In this document: in pieces, positions 1-11,600 of the stretch
Position numbering within the stretch: the stretch's first letter is position 1
Layout: each line of letters opens with the position of its first letter
DNA from: Nemertoderma westbladi
Taxonomy: Eukaryota > Animalia > Xenacoelomorpha
Direction: 5' to 3'
Assembly (NCBI GenBank): GCA_032718475.1
Contig: JAUCBJ010005719.1
Span: 1 to 33,907 of the forward strand
DNA length: 33,907 nt
Translations under genes and position numbers: made by a program
Notes under the pieces: model-generated
The model's input: only the letters and a program-made list of their open reading frames with translations
What the model was told of the DNA's origin: nothing
Database searches by the model: none

Positions 1-1539
1 CGAGGATGTGTATCCCTGGCGCTTGGGAGTAGATTTTCTCATCATCTGCATTTGATTAGCAGTAAACTGTTTATTTATACTGTCTTGTGTCTCTTGCAGA
101 TTTTCCAACTCCAGTTGGGTAGTCTGCTCAGAGGCTCTCCGTTCTGCTTCGGCCACTGCTCTTTCCGCCTTTGCTTCTGCCGCCGCTGCCTTTCTTTTTG
201 CTTCTGCTTCTGCCGCTGCTGCCCTTCCTTTTGCTTCTGCTTCTGCCGCTGCTGCCCTTCCTTTTGCTTCTGCTTCTGCCGCTGCTGCCCTTGCTGCTAT
301 TCTTTCTGCTTCTACTTCTGCCGCCGCTGCCTTTCTTTCTGCTTCTGCTTCTGCCGTAGCCGCCGCCTTTTGTTCCTCTATCCTTCTTTTCTTTATTTGT
401 TCTTCTCGGACTCTAGTGAGGCGGAGTTTTTCATCACATTCAGCTTGGTTTGCAGCTAACATTTCGGCATCGATTGAGTCCAACACAAGCTTGGTTCCTT
501 CACTATTAGGGGAAAGTCCAGACAGCCGTCTCCTCAACTCTTCGTCTCCTAGGAATCGCTGATAGTCGGACAAATAAATGTCGATAGCGTCTCTAGTTCG
601 CGGTTTCTCGGCGGCCTCTTCGCTTTCCGCTTGAGAAAGGGTGACATCAGTTGGTTCTTCATAGGTTGATCTCTCAGCCAGCTGGGATTTCCACTGGGCC
701 GTTTCCTGTACTTTGAGATCTACCCGATGTAACCAAGTTTTGACAGCAACCTGCAGCGACGTGTCCTGTCTTCTTTTGGAAGTTTCCTCAAAGGCTGAGA
801 GGATTAGTCGTATGCGTAGGGTTCTTTCGCGTATTTGATATAGCAGCTCTTCCTGCTCTTGAGGTCCGTGAGGTTGTCGAAACAGTTGTTCTTCCAATCG
901 ATCCAAGGATCCGAAGAATCCCTGCACATATCCTGCTGCCGACCTCTTCCAAACAGCTGGATCCATTGTATCTTTAGCCACTCCCATCCTGTGTATATCT
1001 TCCCAAGTAGCCTCGGACAGATCCAACGGAAGTCCGAGTCCGGGAAAGTTCCATTGTGATTCAACAATAGATATCAATTCTTCCCTGGCGTATCCCGCGT
1101 AATTATCTTGGGTCGCTCGCTTATTCTTCGCCCAGTCGGCTTGATGTTCCTCCACCGCAATGAATATAGTAGTTAGCACTGCAGCAGGAAGAGTAAGAAG
1201 GGGGTCCGAGTAGACTGTATCAGCCATCTGCACTCCATGTTCGGGAGTCAACTCTACAGTATCCGAACTGCTGGAGCTATCGGGTCGCTGGGAAGTAGGT
1301 TCTTGACCAAGATGTTGCTGCGATAGGACAACTGCCTCTTGGTCCCGTTTTACCTGTGCCCGAGTGCCTATGATGGACCTATGGTGGACTAGCCTAGGGT
1401 CTGATACTACTGGAGGGATGACCTTTTTTACAGTAGGAGGTGAGCCGAACTCCTTTCTTATTCGCTCCACACTCCTATCTGAATCACAGATAGTTGTATC
1501 GATCAGACTGTCTGACAGGTTTTGCTGAGTGTCAGACAT
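1..1539 (-). CDS. Uninterrupted ORF of at least 513 codons (MSDTQQNLSD...), runs off the window start; probable retroelement Gag-like protein with Ala/Glu-rich coiled-coil
   Basis: Manual minus-strand translation from ATG at 1539 found no stop down to base 1; contains REEQIKKRRIEEQKAA and (GRAAAAEAEAK)n. Absent from the ORF track, presumably because its stop lies outside the window. Gag identity is inferred from context only; no diagnostic motif seen. Confidence 0.65.
   Translation of the reverse strand, partial: MSDTQQNLSDSLIDTTICDSDRSVERIRKEFGSPPTVKKVIPPVVSDPRLVHHRSIIGTRAQVKRDQEAVVLSQQHLGQEPTSQRPDSSSSSDTVELTPEHGVQMADTVYSDPLLTLPAAVLTTIFIAVEEHQADWAKNKRATQDNYAGYAREELISIVESQWNFPGLGLPLDLSEATWEDIHRMGVAKDTMDPAVWKRSAAGYVQGFFGSLDRLEEQLFRQPHGPQEQEELLYQIRERTLRIRLILSAFEETSKRRQDTSLQVAVKTWLHRVDLKVQETAQWKSQLAERSTYEEPTDVTLSQAESEEAAEKPRTRDAIDIYLSDYQRFLGDEELRRRLSGLSPNSEGTKLVLDSIDAEMLAANQAECDEKLRLTRVREEQIKKRRIEEQKAAATAEAEAERKAAAAEVEAERIAARAAAAEAEAKGRAAAAEAEAKGRAAAAEAEAKRKAAAAEAKAERAVAEAERRASEQTTQLELENLQETQDSINKQFTANQMQMMRKSTPKRQGYTSS
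196..292. repeat. 33-bp coding tandem repeat, ~2.9 copies
   Basis: TTTTGCTTCTGCTTCTGCCGCTGCTGCCCTTCC at 196 and 229, partial at 262; encodes GRAAAAEAEAK on the minus strand. Confidence 0.95.
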
Positions 1540-1647
1540 GTTTAGTTATACAGTTGAATGCTCTACTACTATAGTTTCAGTTAAAGCAAGTCTAGTAATT
1601 CAGTATAACCACTGGCCTAGTACCGGTAATTTATTGCAGTATATTAG

Positions 1648-1894
1648 AATACCGGTATGCACTTATAATATATATAAGTATTGTGAACTAGGTTTGTCAC
1701 AGAGTACCGGTATATAAATTTAGCACAGATATATATAAATATATAATAGGCCTATCGTGAATACCGGTATACAGCTTACACTTACTAGTATATATAAGTA
1801 TAATTATGAACTAGAATTAATTACAGAGTACCGGTATGATTTCAGCTCAAATTTATAGAAATAAATATAATAAGCCTATGGTAAGTACCGGTAT
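1648..1894. repeat. Degenerate tandem repeat, ~112-123 bp unit, ~2 copies, punctuated by TACCGGTAT
   Basis: GAATACCGGTAT...TATATAAGTAT...GAACTAG...ACAGAGTACCGGTAT...ATATAATA.GCCTAT occurs at ~1648 and ~1760. Confidence 0.75.
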
Positions 1895-2883
1895 GTCAAT
1901 TATTTTTAGAATAATTGAATTCCTGAATATTTTAGGGTTACTTAGTTACTTTAACTTACTTTATTACCGTTATTTAAGCAGTAGTCCAACTGATAGTGAG
2001 ACCTAGTTGTTGTATGGCAGGCCTACTATTTATAAATCGTTTGATTTGATTTATAATAGATATATACCCGTTTAAATAGGGGTTTTGTCAATATTTGAAA
2101 TAAATGTTATTATTTCTGGGGGAGTCACTACACAGAAGCTGTGCGCTCTCAGTGAAGTGCTATTTATTTGACACTAAAACTGATAATTCTAATTTACCTA
2201 AGTTACTTAATACTACAAATTACTTACGATATGGGTGAGATTAATTCTCTAATTAAACACAACAAAATATTACGTACGAAATTTTTAGGGTAATTTTACA
2301 GGAAGTCTACAAACCAGCCTAACAAAGGGTTAGAATTCTGGTTATTACAACGGACAGGGTACTACGGTATTTGAAATAATAAGTAGTAGTAAATATATTG
2401 TACTGTCCAGATAGGAAAATACCACCGCCTGACGACCTATAACCGTATCGCTATAGGTACTACGTTATGTATCACGGATTGTTCCTACCCAGAAGCTAAT
2501 AGAGCTAACGAATGTGCCTATCAACCACTTTACAACACAAATATACTGCCTACACTAATTACTTCGGAAAGCACTGTACACTAAACCCTAAATTAGGTAC
2601 AAGTACCGGTATAACAAATAATCAGTAGTTAAATATACTTGAACAGTTAAAAGAACCACGGCATCTGCTGGAGTGACCGAAGCACAAAATCTCCAGTCTT
2701 TACCTACGCCGAGCAGCCCTGATGTAGTACCGGGGTTAGTTTAACTATAACGGTATGTATAACAAGCACAATTACTGTAGGAATAAACTTGGGGACATGA
2801 ATGTTGCGAATAATCGCATAAACTCTGAATAATAAATATTACGCTACCCGTACAGAATACTCAAACAAAATACAAACCAAACG

Positions 2884-3346
2884 CTGGCAGACTACTATCA
2901 AGCCTAAACAAACTACAGTATGTGCAGATTCTGAAACTGTTAGTTAGTATGCGTTCTAACACGGTAGTACGACTTATTCTTTAAGAGGGGATTGACCTTA
3001 CCGCATATGGCTGCCCCAACTTACTAACGGCACTTTATCAGACCAACTCTACACACGCAGCAATCCCTTCAGGCCTAAGAATAGCTAGACAACAATCCAG
3101 CCTACAAAATATCTGAGTAATAACTATTACGGTATCTGAACAGACCACACAAACAAACACAGGCTAAAACACTGGCAGACTACGATCAAGCCTAAATAAA
3201 CTACAGTATATGCAGATTCTGAAACAGTTAGTTAGTATGCGTTCTAACACGGTAGTACGACTTATTCTTTAAGAGGGGATTGACCTTACCGCATATGGCT
3301 GCCCCAACTTACTAACGGCACTTTATCAGACAAACTCTACACACGC
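2884..3346. repeat. Direct repeat of 175 bp (2884-3058 and 3172-3346), period 288 bp
   Basis: CTGGCAGACTAC...ACTCTACACACGC present twice with about 5 mismatches by eye; weaker similarity continues downstream of each copy. Confidence 0.95.
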
Positions 3347-4890
3347 CGTAATCTCTCCAAACTCAACAACAGTCAGACAGCAGTTCAGCCTACAATTATT
3401 TGAACAATCTGAGCAGACTTACACGTCTTCAGCTCAATATTAACTTACTAGGAAATAAAACCGACAGAAATAAGTAAGCTCCAAAAGAAACAAGGGGTGT
3501 ACAGTCCCTAATCTCTTAAACAGCCTACCGGTATACAATAATCAAAATCGAATAATACTAAATGTACTTGTACAGCAGTACCGGTACCGGTGATGACAGT
3601 TAGGCCTACTGACCTACAGAAGTACCGGTTCAGTTTTACCAGTCACTACGGTATTTTGCAACCTTATTGCCTACTGCAATAAGATTATAAACTGTTACTG
3701 TTCGCGCTTTTGAAGACCTTTAGCAGTTTAACCTGCCAAAATTTATATGTCTTTTAGTTAATTAAAACAACTTTAGCATACGACAATATTTTATGCTAAT
3801 ACACAAAACATTACCCGAAGTCAGCCCATGCGCGATCATTCACCCGATGGATCTACACCCGGGAGGCTGAATTCGGCTGCTTAAATTTTATTATTGCAGT
3901 GTAAGGTTGCAGTGTAAACTTACTGTATTATTCGATAGATCGTTAATAATTAATCTCTGACAGATATTATTGGCTTTCGGGAAATATTAACAGTTCCTTT
4001 AGGACGTGGCGCTCTATCTATTTAAACAGAACTAGGACTTATACTAAACGCAACGATACTGCTTATGATTAAAGTATAAAGCGCATTCTTTAGGAAATGC
4101 TTTGTTACCAATCACAATCAGGCACACTATTCTGCCGACAGTCAGTATATTTGATCACACATAAAGAGAGCAGCAATTGACTCATGTAGGGTCTGCTAAA
4201 TAACATTAGATTCAATACACACCACATTAATATAAATCGCAATTGTTATGTATAGCCTGTCTCTCTAACCTGTAGTGTATCAAGAAAATTGGGAAATTTG
4301 GGAGATTTATCCGTATTATCCAAAGAGCAATATTTCCATCAACAAATAGGTACAATTAATAACTGACGGTAAATAACAGTACAAACAATATGATTAATAG
4401 TGAGTTAAGATTGATTAATTAGTTAGTGAGTAGGTAACAGTTTATACTTTCGATAATTCAAGCAGTTTTACTAGAGTTCTTCCCAAAAAGCCGGTGTTAT
4501 GGCGAAAAATGGGAACACAACAACAGAATCATATAAAATCATATGACTACTACCACTATACGAGTATACCAAAATACCCTTATTCCACGAAGCCCCGTTC
4601 AACACAGAGGATGAGCATAGAGATAGGAAATTCAGTTCAGTAGCGCTGGGATAGGTCGAAATCAACGCCTACGCAAATTCTATTGGCCGACACGAACAGC
4701 AAGGCTAAGGCAACCTCTCTAAGCTAGTTGGCCGATTAAACTGAGCCCAGATATCTCCGTACAGCACATCAGCCAATAAGCTGGTAGCTTGCACTATTTT
4801 AGTTATAAATCCCTTTGAGAGTATTCTAGCGACTGGGGGGGAACTGGCCAGCAAAGGCAAACGTATCAGTTATCCCACAAAAGCTTTTAC

Positions 4891-5075
4891 AACTTCAGGG
4901 ATAATGACTGTAGAAAGGGTCTAATGCCACGGTTAACGAAAACAGTTTCTATTTATATATATATATAAATATAAATAAATATAATAAAATATAATATAAA
5001 AAAATATATATAAATAGAAACTGTTTTCGTTAACCGTGGCATTAGACCCTTTCTACAGTCATTATCCCTGAAGTT
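4891..5075. repeat. Perfect inverted repeat, 72-bp arms (4891-4962 / 5004-5075), 41-bp A/T-only spacer
   Basis: AACTTCAGGGATAATGACTGTAGAAAGGGTCTAATGCCACGGTTAACGAAAACAGTTTCTATTTATATATAT and its exact reverse complement. Confidence 0.97.
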
Positions 5076-5942
5076 ATAAACTAAAAATGACATTGAAAAA
5101 AGCGCTGCTTTCCGAATAGTTATTGTTATCGAATAATATTAATATATACCCGACCTTGTTCGGTAAATCGAATGTAACGTGGAAGCAGGCAAAGAAAGAT
5201 GAAATTGGATGTTGAATTTTGCCGATCACATTGATGGAACATCGGTAAAATTTATCTACAATAAAGATCATCCTACCTAATATTACATACAATATTACAA
5301 AAAATGATTTACTATTTCTTTACCATTTATTTAATAATTAATTATTGTATCATTAATTAAGCAATATTATAATAAATTATCAATAATCATTTAATTAATA
5401 TAATGAACCTCATGACAATTACACATTGTTAGAATACGCAAATCAGTTGAGTTGGATGACTTGGTAAGGTATCTTTATTGCTGGAAATTTTCTATAGAAT
5501 ACTATTAGTGCACTCTTACTCTGGTTAACCGCGTCTCGTGCTGTCCGGAGGCCCCATTTATAATGTGTTATAGAAGCTCCTATTGTTAGATCAATTACAA
5601 TTAATATATAACTCTGTAAGTCATTTATTGCTTTATTGTGAGCTAAACGATCATGGTAAGGCAGCATGCGATAATTATTATTAGAAGACCGTTAGGACTT
5701 CTAATTGTAAATGTATTCTCTATCAATATTTATTTATATGTATATCAGGTGAGCTCCTCCGAAGCAATAGCTCGTCCGTCAATGAAAGTTATATCCTTCG
5801 ACGCAGCTCAACCCCAGGATGTGGAAAAAAAAGTTTAGAAAAAATTATTAAAGTGTCTTTTTTTTATTTCGCAAAATTAAAAAAACGAAAATTACCATAG
5901 ACTCAATGATAGTAATAGCAGCTGGTGCGGATACGACCAAAC

Positions 5943-6574
5943 TGAAGAGAAGTATTTTACTTGCCAAGTTTTAGTAAGGTTGTGTTTACTCACTCACACT
6001 ATCACAGACAGTAAGTAATCAAACATTAACTGTTTATAATGTACAGTATTACCCCGTCAGCTGAATCTCTTCCCAGTGAATCCTATAGGAATATCTATAA
6101 TGTTACTCACTGCTATGTTATATGGTATGTAGGCCAGCTGTTGAATTATTATAAGCACAGGGCCCTTAATTAATTAATAGGGCTGCATTCAAATGGGTCA
6201 GGCCCACCTAATAATTCCCCTAAGCCAACTCTCTATGTATTCTTTTGCCACAGCAGTCAATGAATGTCTATATACATTTAATTTCGCGGCAAAATAATAT
6301 ATATAGAAATTTTGTAACGCGATTATGAACCACCAAAGCAATGTACTTGCAAAATCTAATAAAAAAAAGCTAGGTAGGAAGTGTACGAATTGAAATTACT
6401 GAAATTACGGTATATGGATAGATAGCATGTTGATTGCTATATATATCCCTCACAGGCAATTTTTTCTGACAGTAACTATTCCTGCTCTTTTAGCGGGCTC
6501 CTAAAAACATAATAATAATTATAGTTTGAAGTTGTCTAGAAAATTTCTCGTACACCACCGGGACTACCCTCACA
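5943..6574 (-). repeat. Candidate 5' LTR (~632 bp, TGTGAGGG...CTCTTCA) followed by PBS-like TGGTCGTATCCGCACC
   Basis: TG...CA termini and CA-GTT-TGG arrangement on the minus strand; only one copy in the window. Confidence 0.35.
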
Positions 6575-6674
6575 CTAATTTATTATCAGTCAGAACAAAA
6601 AGCTTTTACTTGACTCTTATTACTGTCTCCTATGACTAGCTAGTATAAGGAATGAGTTTGCTCTATTAACATAA

Positions 6675-7034
6675 TTTAAATCATATGTTCGTCCATTATT
6701 GGAATATTGCACACCAGTCAGCCTGTATGGTCTCCGTATCTAATGTCAAGTATTGAGTTGTTAGAGAGTGTTCAACGTTATTTTACACGCACATTATTTA
6801 TCCGATGTAGTATTACTTACTATTCCTACCTAGATCGATCAGACTTACAGCCTCTTGAAATCAGGCGAATTATTTTTGATCTTAAGATGGTGTATTCAAT
6901 TGTGAACAATTTGATTGATTTAAATTGTGACGATTTATTTAGTCGTCCATCACGTCAAGGTTTTCGAGGCCATAGTAAGAAACTATTTGTAAATCGTAGT
7001 CGTTTACAACTTTGCATTTCCAATCGTGTTGTGC
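6675..7034 (+). pseudogene. CR1-clade LINE ORF2 C-terminal fragment
   Basis: FKSYVRPLLEYC / VWSPY..IELLESVQRYFTR / LQPLEIRRIIFDLKMVY / RGHSKKL / SNRVV follow the usual post-RT C-terminus of CR1-like LINEs; breaks off after SNRVV. Confidence 0.85.
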
Positions 7035-8665
7035 TGATGTGCAGAAATCTTGGGATAGGAGTAGCGCCCACCCCTACTCTCGGGTAGCTGCTATCGAAAG
7101 AGGAGCCTTCGTGTCGCCTCCGGCTTCGGCCGACTGTTTGCTTTGCTTTTTGTGCTGATCTGGAATTCCTTACCATAACATAATATTGACTCACCAAGTT
7201 AAAATGTATTTGCACATAGACTTTCATCTATGAGCTATGACGATATTATACAAATCGTGTTGTGAGTTTGTGTCTGCGTGGGCTCGTGATTTAATGTCAC
7301 AACTGCTTTGGTTATTACAGTTAACCGTGTTGGATGGGAATCGTAGGATGTAGTGTTTGGTGAATTTTTTCCTTTTTAATGAGTTTGGCGGTATGAGGTA
7401 GGGTTTCAAACGATCTATTGATGTGTTTTGGTCGCCGCTGGGTGTTAATAGTTTGTAATACTTATTACTGCGTTTCAGAACTTTAAATGGTCCTTGGTAA
7501 GGCGCTTCGAGTGGTATTCTTTTTCGATATATATGGACAAATACTTAAACGCATTGTTGAAGTACTGCTGGGATATGAAGTGCTGCTAGGTTTATAGAGC
7601 CACACTTTGGTTAGGATGGGGACGTGGGGGACTACAGAGGCGCCAGCGAGATCGGCTGACAACAAAGGTAGGGCAGTTAGCTGACAGTGTCTGACAGAGT
7701 GGTAGGGATGTAAGTAAAATAAATATGGTGTGGCAATAAAATAAAGTTATAAAAACATAAGGTTATAAAAACAATCATATAAAGTTCTGTATATTTACGT
7801 ACTTAAGGTTATCATGGTTTACAATAAAATGCTACAATCAGTAAAAATATTATGACAATATAGTGAATATAATATAAATAATTAAGGCATAATAATCGTA
7901 TAATCAACCGCAATATAAATTGTCCAAAATATGTCGCTAAAATAATAATAATAATAAAAAACATCCTTCTGCTTGGCTGGGGTTCTGTAGGCTATTGAAG
8001 AAATGATACCCAGAATATCGGTTTTATACAACAAATCCAACCCAATATTATCTACTGAAAATGTGTTAATTAATAACCGAGCAATAAACTGCACTGTTAC
8101 TCCTACAAACATTCGGGCTGGCTATAACCAGTTTGACCTTTACGACAATAGAGTAATACAACCAAGTGCATCTATCCACACAAAGAACTATAGTTACAAC
8201 AACAAGCGAAGCAAACACACCACAAAGGTAATCCAATATACCCACCCCACTCCTAAAAGGAACTTCCCTCCTATTAAAGCCCAACCTACTAGGAAGCCAA
8301 TAATGATTAAATTCAATGTAACTTCAACACAAAATAATCTATACTCAACTAACGCAATAATTACGAAGGCAAGCAAGCCTACACCAAGCAATAATATTAC
8401 TGCTGAATACCCCTAAAAACTCACCAAACATTGAATCAAATATTCCCTAATAAATACACATTCTATAAAATACATTTAACTTCAAAAATAAATAAATATA
8501 AAAATCGATGTAAGATACTTTATGGAAATAATTCAACTAAATAATCAACAATATTAACATAAAAATATGACGCCTAAATCACCATAATATTATCAAATGA
8601 ATTAATGCAAGATAATATAACGTTACGCAACTCACAAATGTTCTATATAAGCTCCAGTCGCAACA
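7035..8665 (-). repeat. Probable 3' LTR of the BEL/Pao element (~1.6 kb), preceded by polypurine tract GGGGGGA (8667-8673)
   Basis: Minus strand reads ...AGGGGGGAC TGTTGCGAC just after the integrase end; distal end ...GCACATCA inferred from where CR1 homology stops. Confidence 0.6.
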
Positions 8666-8689
8666 GTCCCCCCTGTCAATCTGACTCCC

Positions 8690-11600
8690 CTACTGCCTCG
8701 AGCAGGCAGATCTTCGCGACTGGCCTCTCATAAACTCCTTTGTGTGTTCGAACCTCCGCTGTAGAACGTCCGAACCACGCCCATCCTTCCCGTAGAGCGG
8801 TCTCCTGATCCGCCCCAGGACATATTGGTTCTGCAGCGAATTCTCACCCATGACCTGCACTAAGTCCCCTTTTCTCAAGTTTCGGACCTCCTGCTGCCAC
8901 TTCGCGCGGCACGAGAGCGTCGGGAGGTCCTCCCGTATCCAATGCTCCCAGAACCCGTCGGCGAGCGCCTGGACCTGCCGCCAACGTTTCTTCGATAGAT
9001 CTTTGGAAGTAAAGTCCCCTGGACAGACATGGACGTAATGGCGCCCCATGAGGAAATGTGCTGGCGTCAGGGCCTCTAAGTCATCTACGTCATCGCTCAT
9101 GGGTGTCAATGGGCGATTATTAAGGATCGCCTCAACTTCCGAGAGGAAGGTTGCCAGGGTGTCGTTGTCCTCGCGTCACCGCCTCCAATGTCACCTTAGT
9201 CAGTCCAACCATTCGCTCCCAAGCCCCTCCCATATGAGGGGCATACGGCGGGATCCTCCGCCATGTAATCCCATACGCCGCTAACTCTACTACCAGTTTC
9301 CTCTCATTGAGATCCAACACGCACTTGTCCAGTTCCGACTCGGCCCCCTACTACTACTAGGATCGGCATGCTGCATTGCAGCTGCATTTTTAAGAATGCT
9401 GTGCCGGCTTGTCAACAAAATTGCGCCGCCACAACTCCCTATCACCCATGACATTTGCTAGATCATCTGCATCTTCAAGGCCATTGTCCTTTAAGATGCA
9501 TCTCAAGAAAGTCATGGGCTGTCCACCATGCTTATTCACTCCATGAGGCTGCCAAAGTACAAGATTATGCACTGGCTGGTCCTCACGGCGAAAGCAATGT
9601 CCTGCAAAGCGGAGGCGATTTTGTTCTAGTGTCAAGCTTGGGGGAACCAATGAGACACCTCCAATGTTATATAGTGTCTGGTTGGAGATGTGTGCATTGT
9701 ACTTGACACAATGAACCCGGCGTAGCATTCTTGTGAATGTGCCATCCAGAGATTTGGTGTCCTCAGCAGTTAGAGCCCAGCATGGATTCCCATAGAGGAG
9801 TACTGGAACTACTGCTGCTCTAAATAATCGGACCTTAAGTTTCCGATTAATTATCAGTGACTTCCAAATCCGGAAAGCCTATTCAAGGCTGCCCATGCCT
9901 TTCCCTTACATATTCGAAGGTCCTCACCTGACTTCCGGATCCATGATCCCAGGTAACAGAAGTCGTCCACATGCTCAAGCATACCATCTTTTGAGCTTAT
10001 GCTCATCCGATCAGAGACTTGCTGAGGACTTCAAAGTTAACTGTCAAAATTTCGCGCCCCCACGAAGTTCCCGCCGTGATCGGAATAAATAATGGCGGGC
10101 TTTCCTCTCCGCGCTATGAACCGCCGCAAAGCCAGCAGGAATGTATCGGTCATTGCGTCGTACGCCACCTCCAGTTGAACAGTGCGCGTCGCAAGGCATG
10201 TAAAGAGGCATCCGTACCTCTTTAACGTCGACCATCCCCTGATAATGGGAATGGGCCCCCAGTAATCCACCCCACAATGTTGGAACGGGGGTGTATGGCT
10301 ATCGACTCGCCCCCGTGGCAGCACGGCCATCAACGGGACCTCGGGTTTACGCATCCATCGCTGCCAACACGGTATGCAACCATGAGTTATCTTCCGCACT
10401 GCGGAACGTCCCTTCATCACCCAATACTTCTCCCGCACTGCCGCCAGGAGCTGATTCCCGCCCCCGTGTCCCATCTGAAGGTGCAAATCCCAGCCACGCT
10501 AGCAGGCTGTCATGGTGCAGTATAGCGGGATGCTTCGCATGGAATGGGATCGAGGCATTATCCAACCATCCTCCAACGCGCATAATGCCCATCTCGTCTA
10601 ACCACAGCTCAAACTTCACGAGCTCACTCTCCCTCCCCCCCACAGGTTTCTCTTCCCTAATCAGTTTCAGTTCCTCCTTGAACGTTGATTGCTGGTCTAT
10701 CCGGATGGCTAGCATCCCACAGTCCTCTAGCTCATCAGCTGTGAGGGGTCCATTCCGCTTCTCCCATGGACCGGGTCTGAAGTTGTGCACAAACCGCAGC
10801 AACCACGCGAAACGCCTCAATACCACAGAATAAATCGAGAATCGTTTCAGTTCTATCAGCAGCTTCACAATGCGAGTCGCAGGGACTGAACCACCACCCT
10901 TCAACTCGGGATCATCGTTGGAAAGTTCTGGATTCTCCGACCCCGCCAGCCAGGCATCACCCTGCAGGAACGCAGGCCCCTGAAACCAACGACTTTCAGC
11001 TCATAAGTCCTCACACCGCAGGCTGCGCGTCCCGTCATCCGCAGGGTTCAACACCCCTGGAACGTGTCTCCACTGGATCGCCGTCGACTCCTCCATGATC
11101 TCATCAATCTGCGAGGCCACGAATGGCAGAAATCACTGCAAATGGTTCTGGATGTAGGCGATAAGCAGCGTGGAGTCAGACCAGTAGAACGCACCATTGA
11201 GTTCTAACCCAATTTCAGTTTGAACAGTACGAGAGAGACGTACAGCTAATACAGCCCTTTGCAGCTCCAATCGAACGATAGTTAGCTGTTTAATTGGCAC
11301 CAACCACCCCTTGGCCATCACGAACATGCCAGCCATGATCCCACTCTCGTAGACCATACGCAGGTACGCCACCGCAGTGAACCCTGCTTCTTATGCATCA
11401 CAGAAGTGTAGAACATTACCGGAAGAATGAACCCAAGAGGATCGAACACGAAACACAACACAGAGAGCATCCCACGCTTGGTAGTCGCTTCCTCCACCTC
11501 GGGGAAACTGAAAGTGATTTCGTCGACTTCCGTATCCTAATGCACCCCCAATGTCCGAACCACAGGGAGGGTTCATACTTCAAGATTGAGCGAGGAATCC

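Larger units (their letters stand above)
1..6574 (-). mobile_element. Putative LTR retrotransposon 5' portion (LTR - PBS-like site - long leader - ORF1)
   Basis: On the minus strand a TG...CA-bounded segment (6574-5943) is followed after 3 nt by TGG, then a long non-coding leader and the open ORF at 1539. No second LTR or pol in the window to confirm. Confidence 0.45.

Noticed and set aside
52-459. Cys/Phe-rich 135-aa and Leu/Pro-rich 62-aa plus-strand ORFs
   Set aside because: Antisense shadows of the Ala/Glu repeat in the longer minus-strand ORF.
1600-1900. CRISPR-like spacing of TACCGGTAT words
   Set aside because: Repeat is too short, spacers are related to each other, context is eukaryotic and no cas genes are present.
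2884-3346. Possible hammerhead or twister ribozyme in the duplicated core
   Set aside because: Only CTGATAA on the minus strand, with no proper CUGAnGA...GAAA core and stems; twister consensus not met by eye.
8003-8416. 137-aa Asn/Thr-rich ORF
   Set aside because: Lies in the presumed LTR, reflects A/C compositional bias, and has no recognisable motif.
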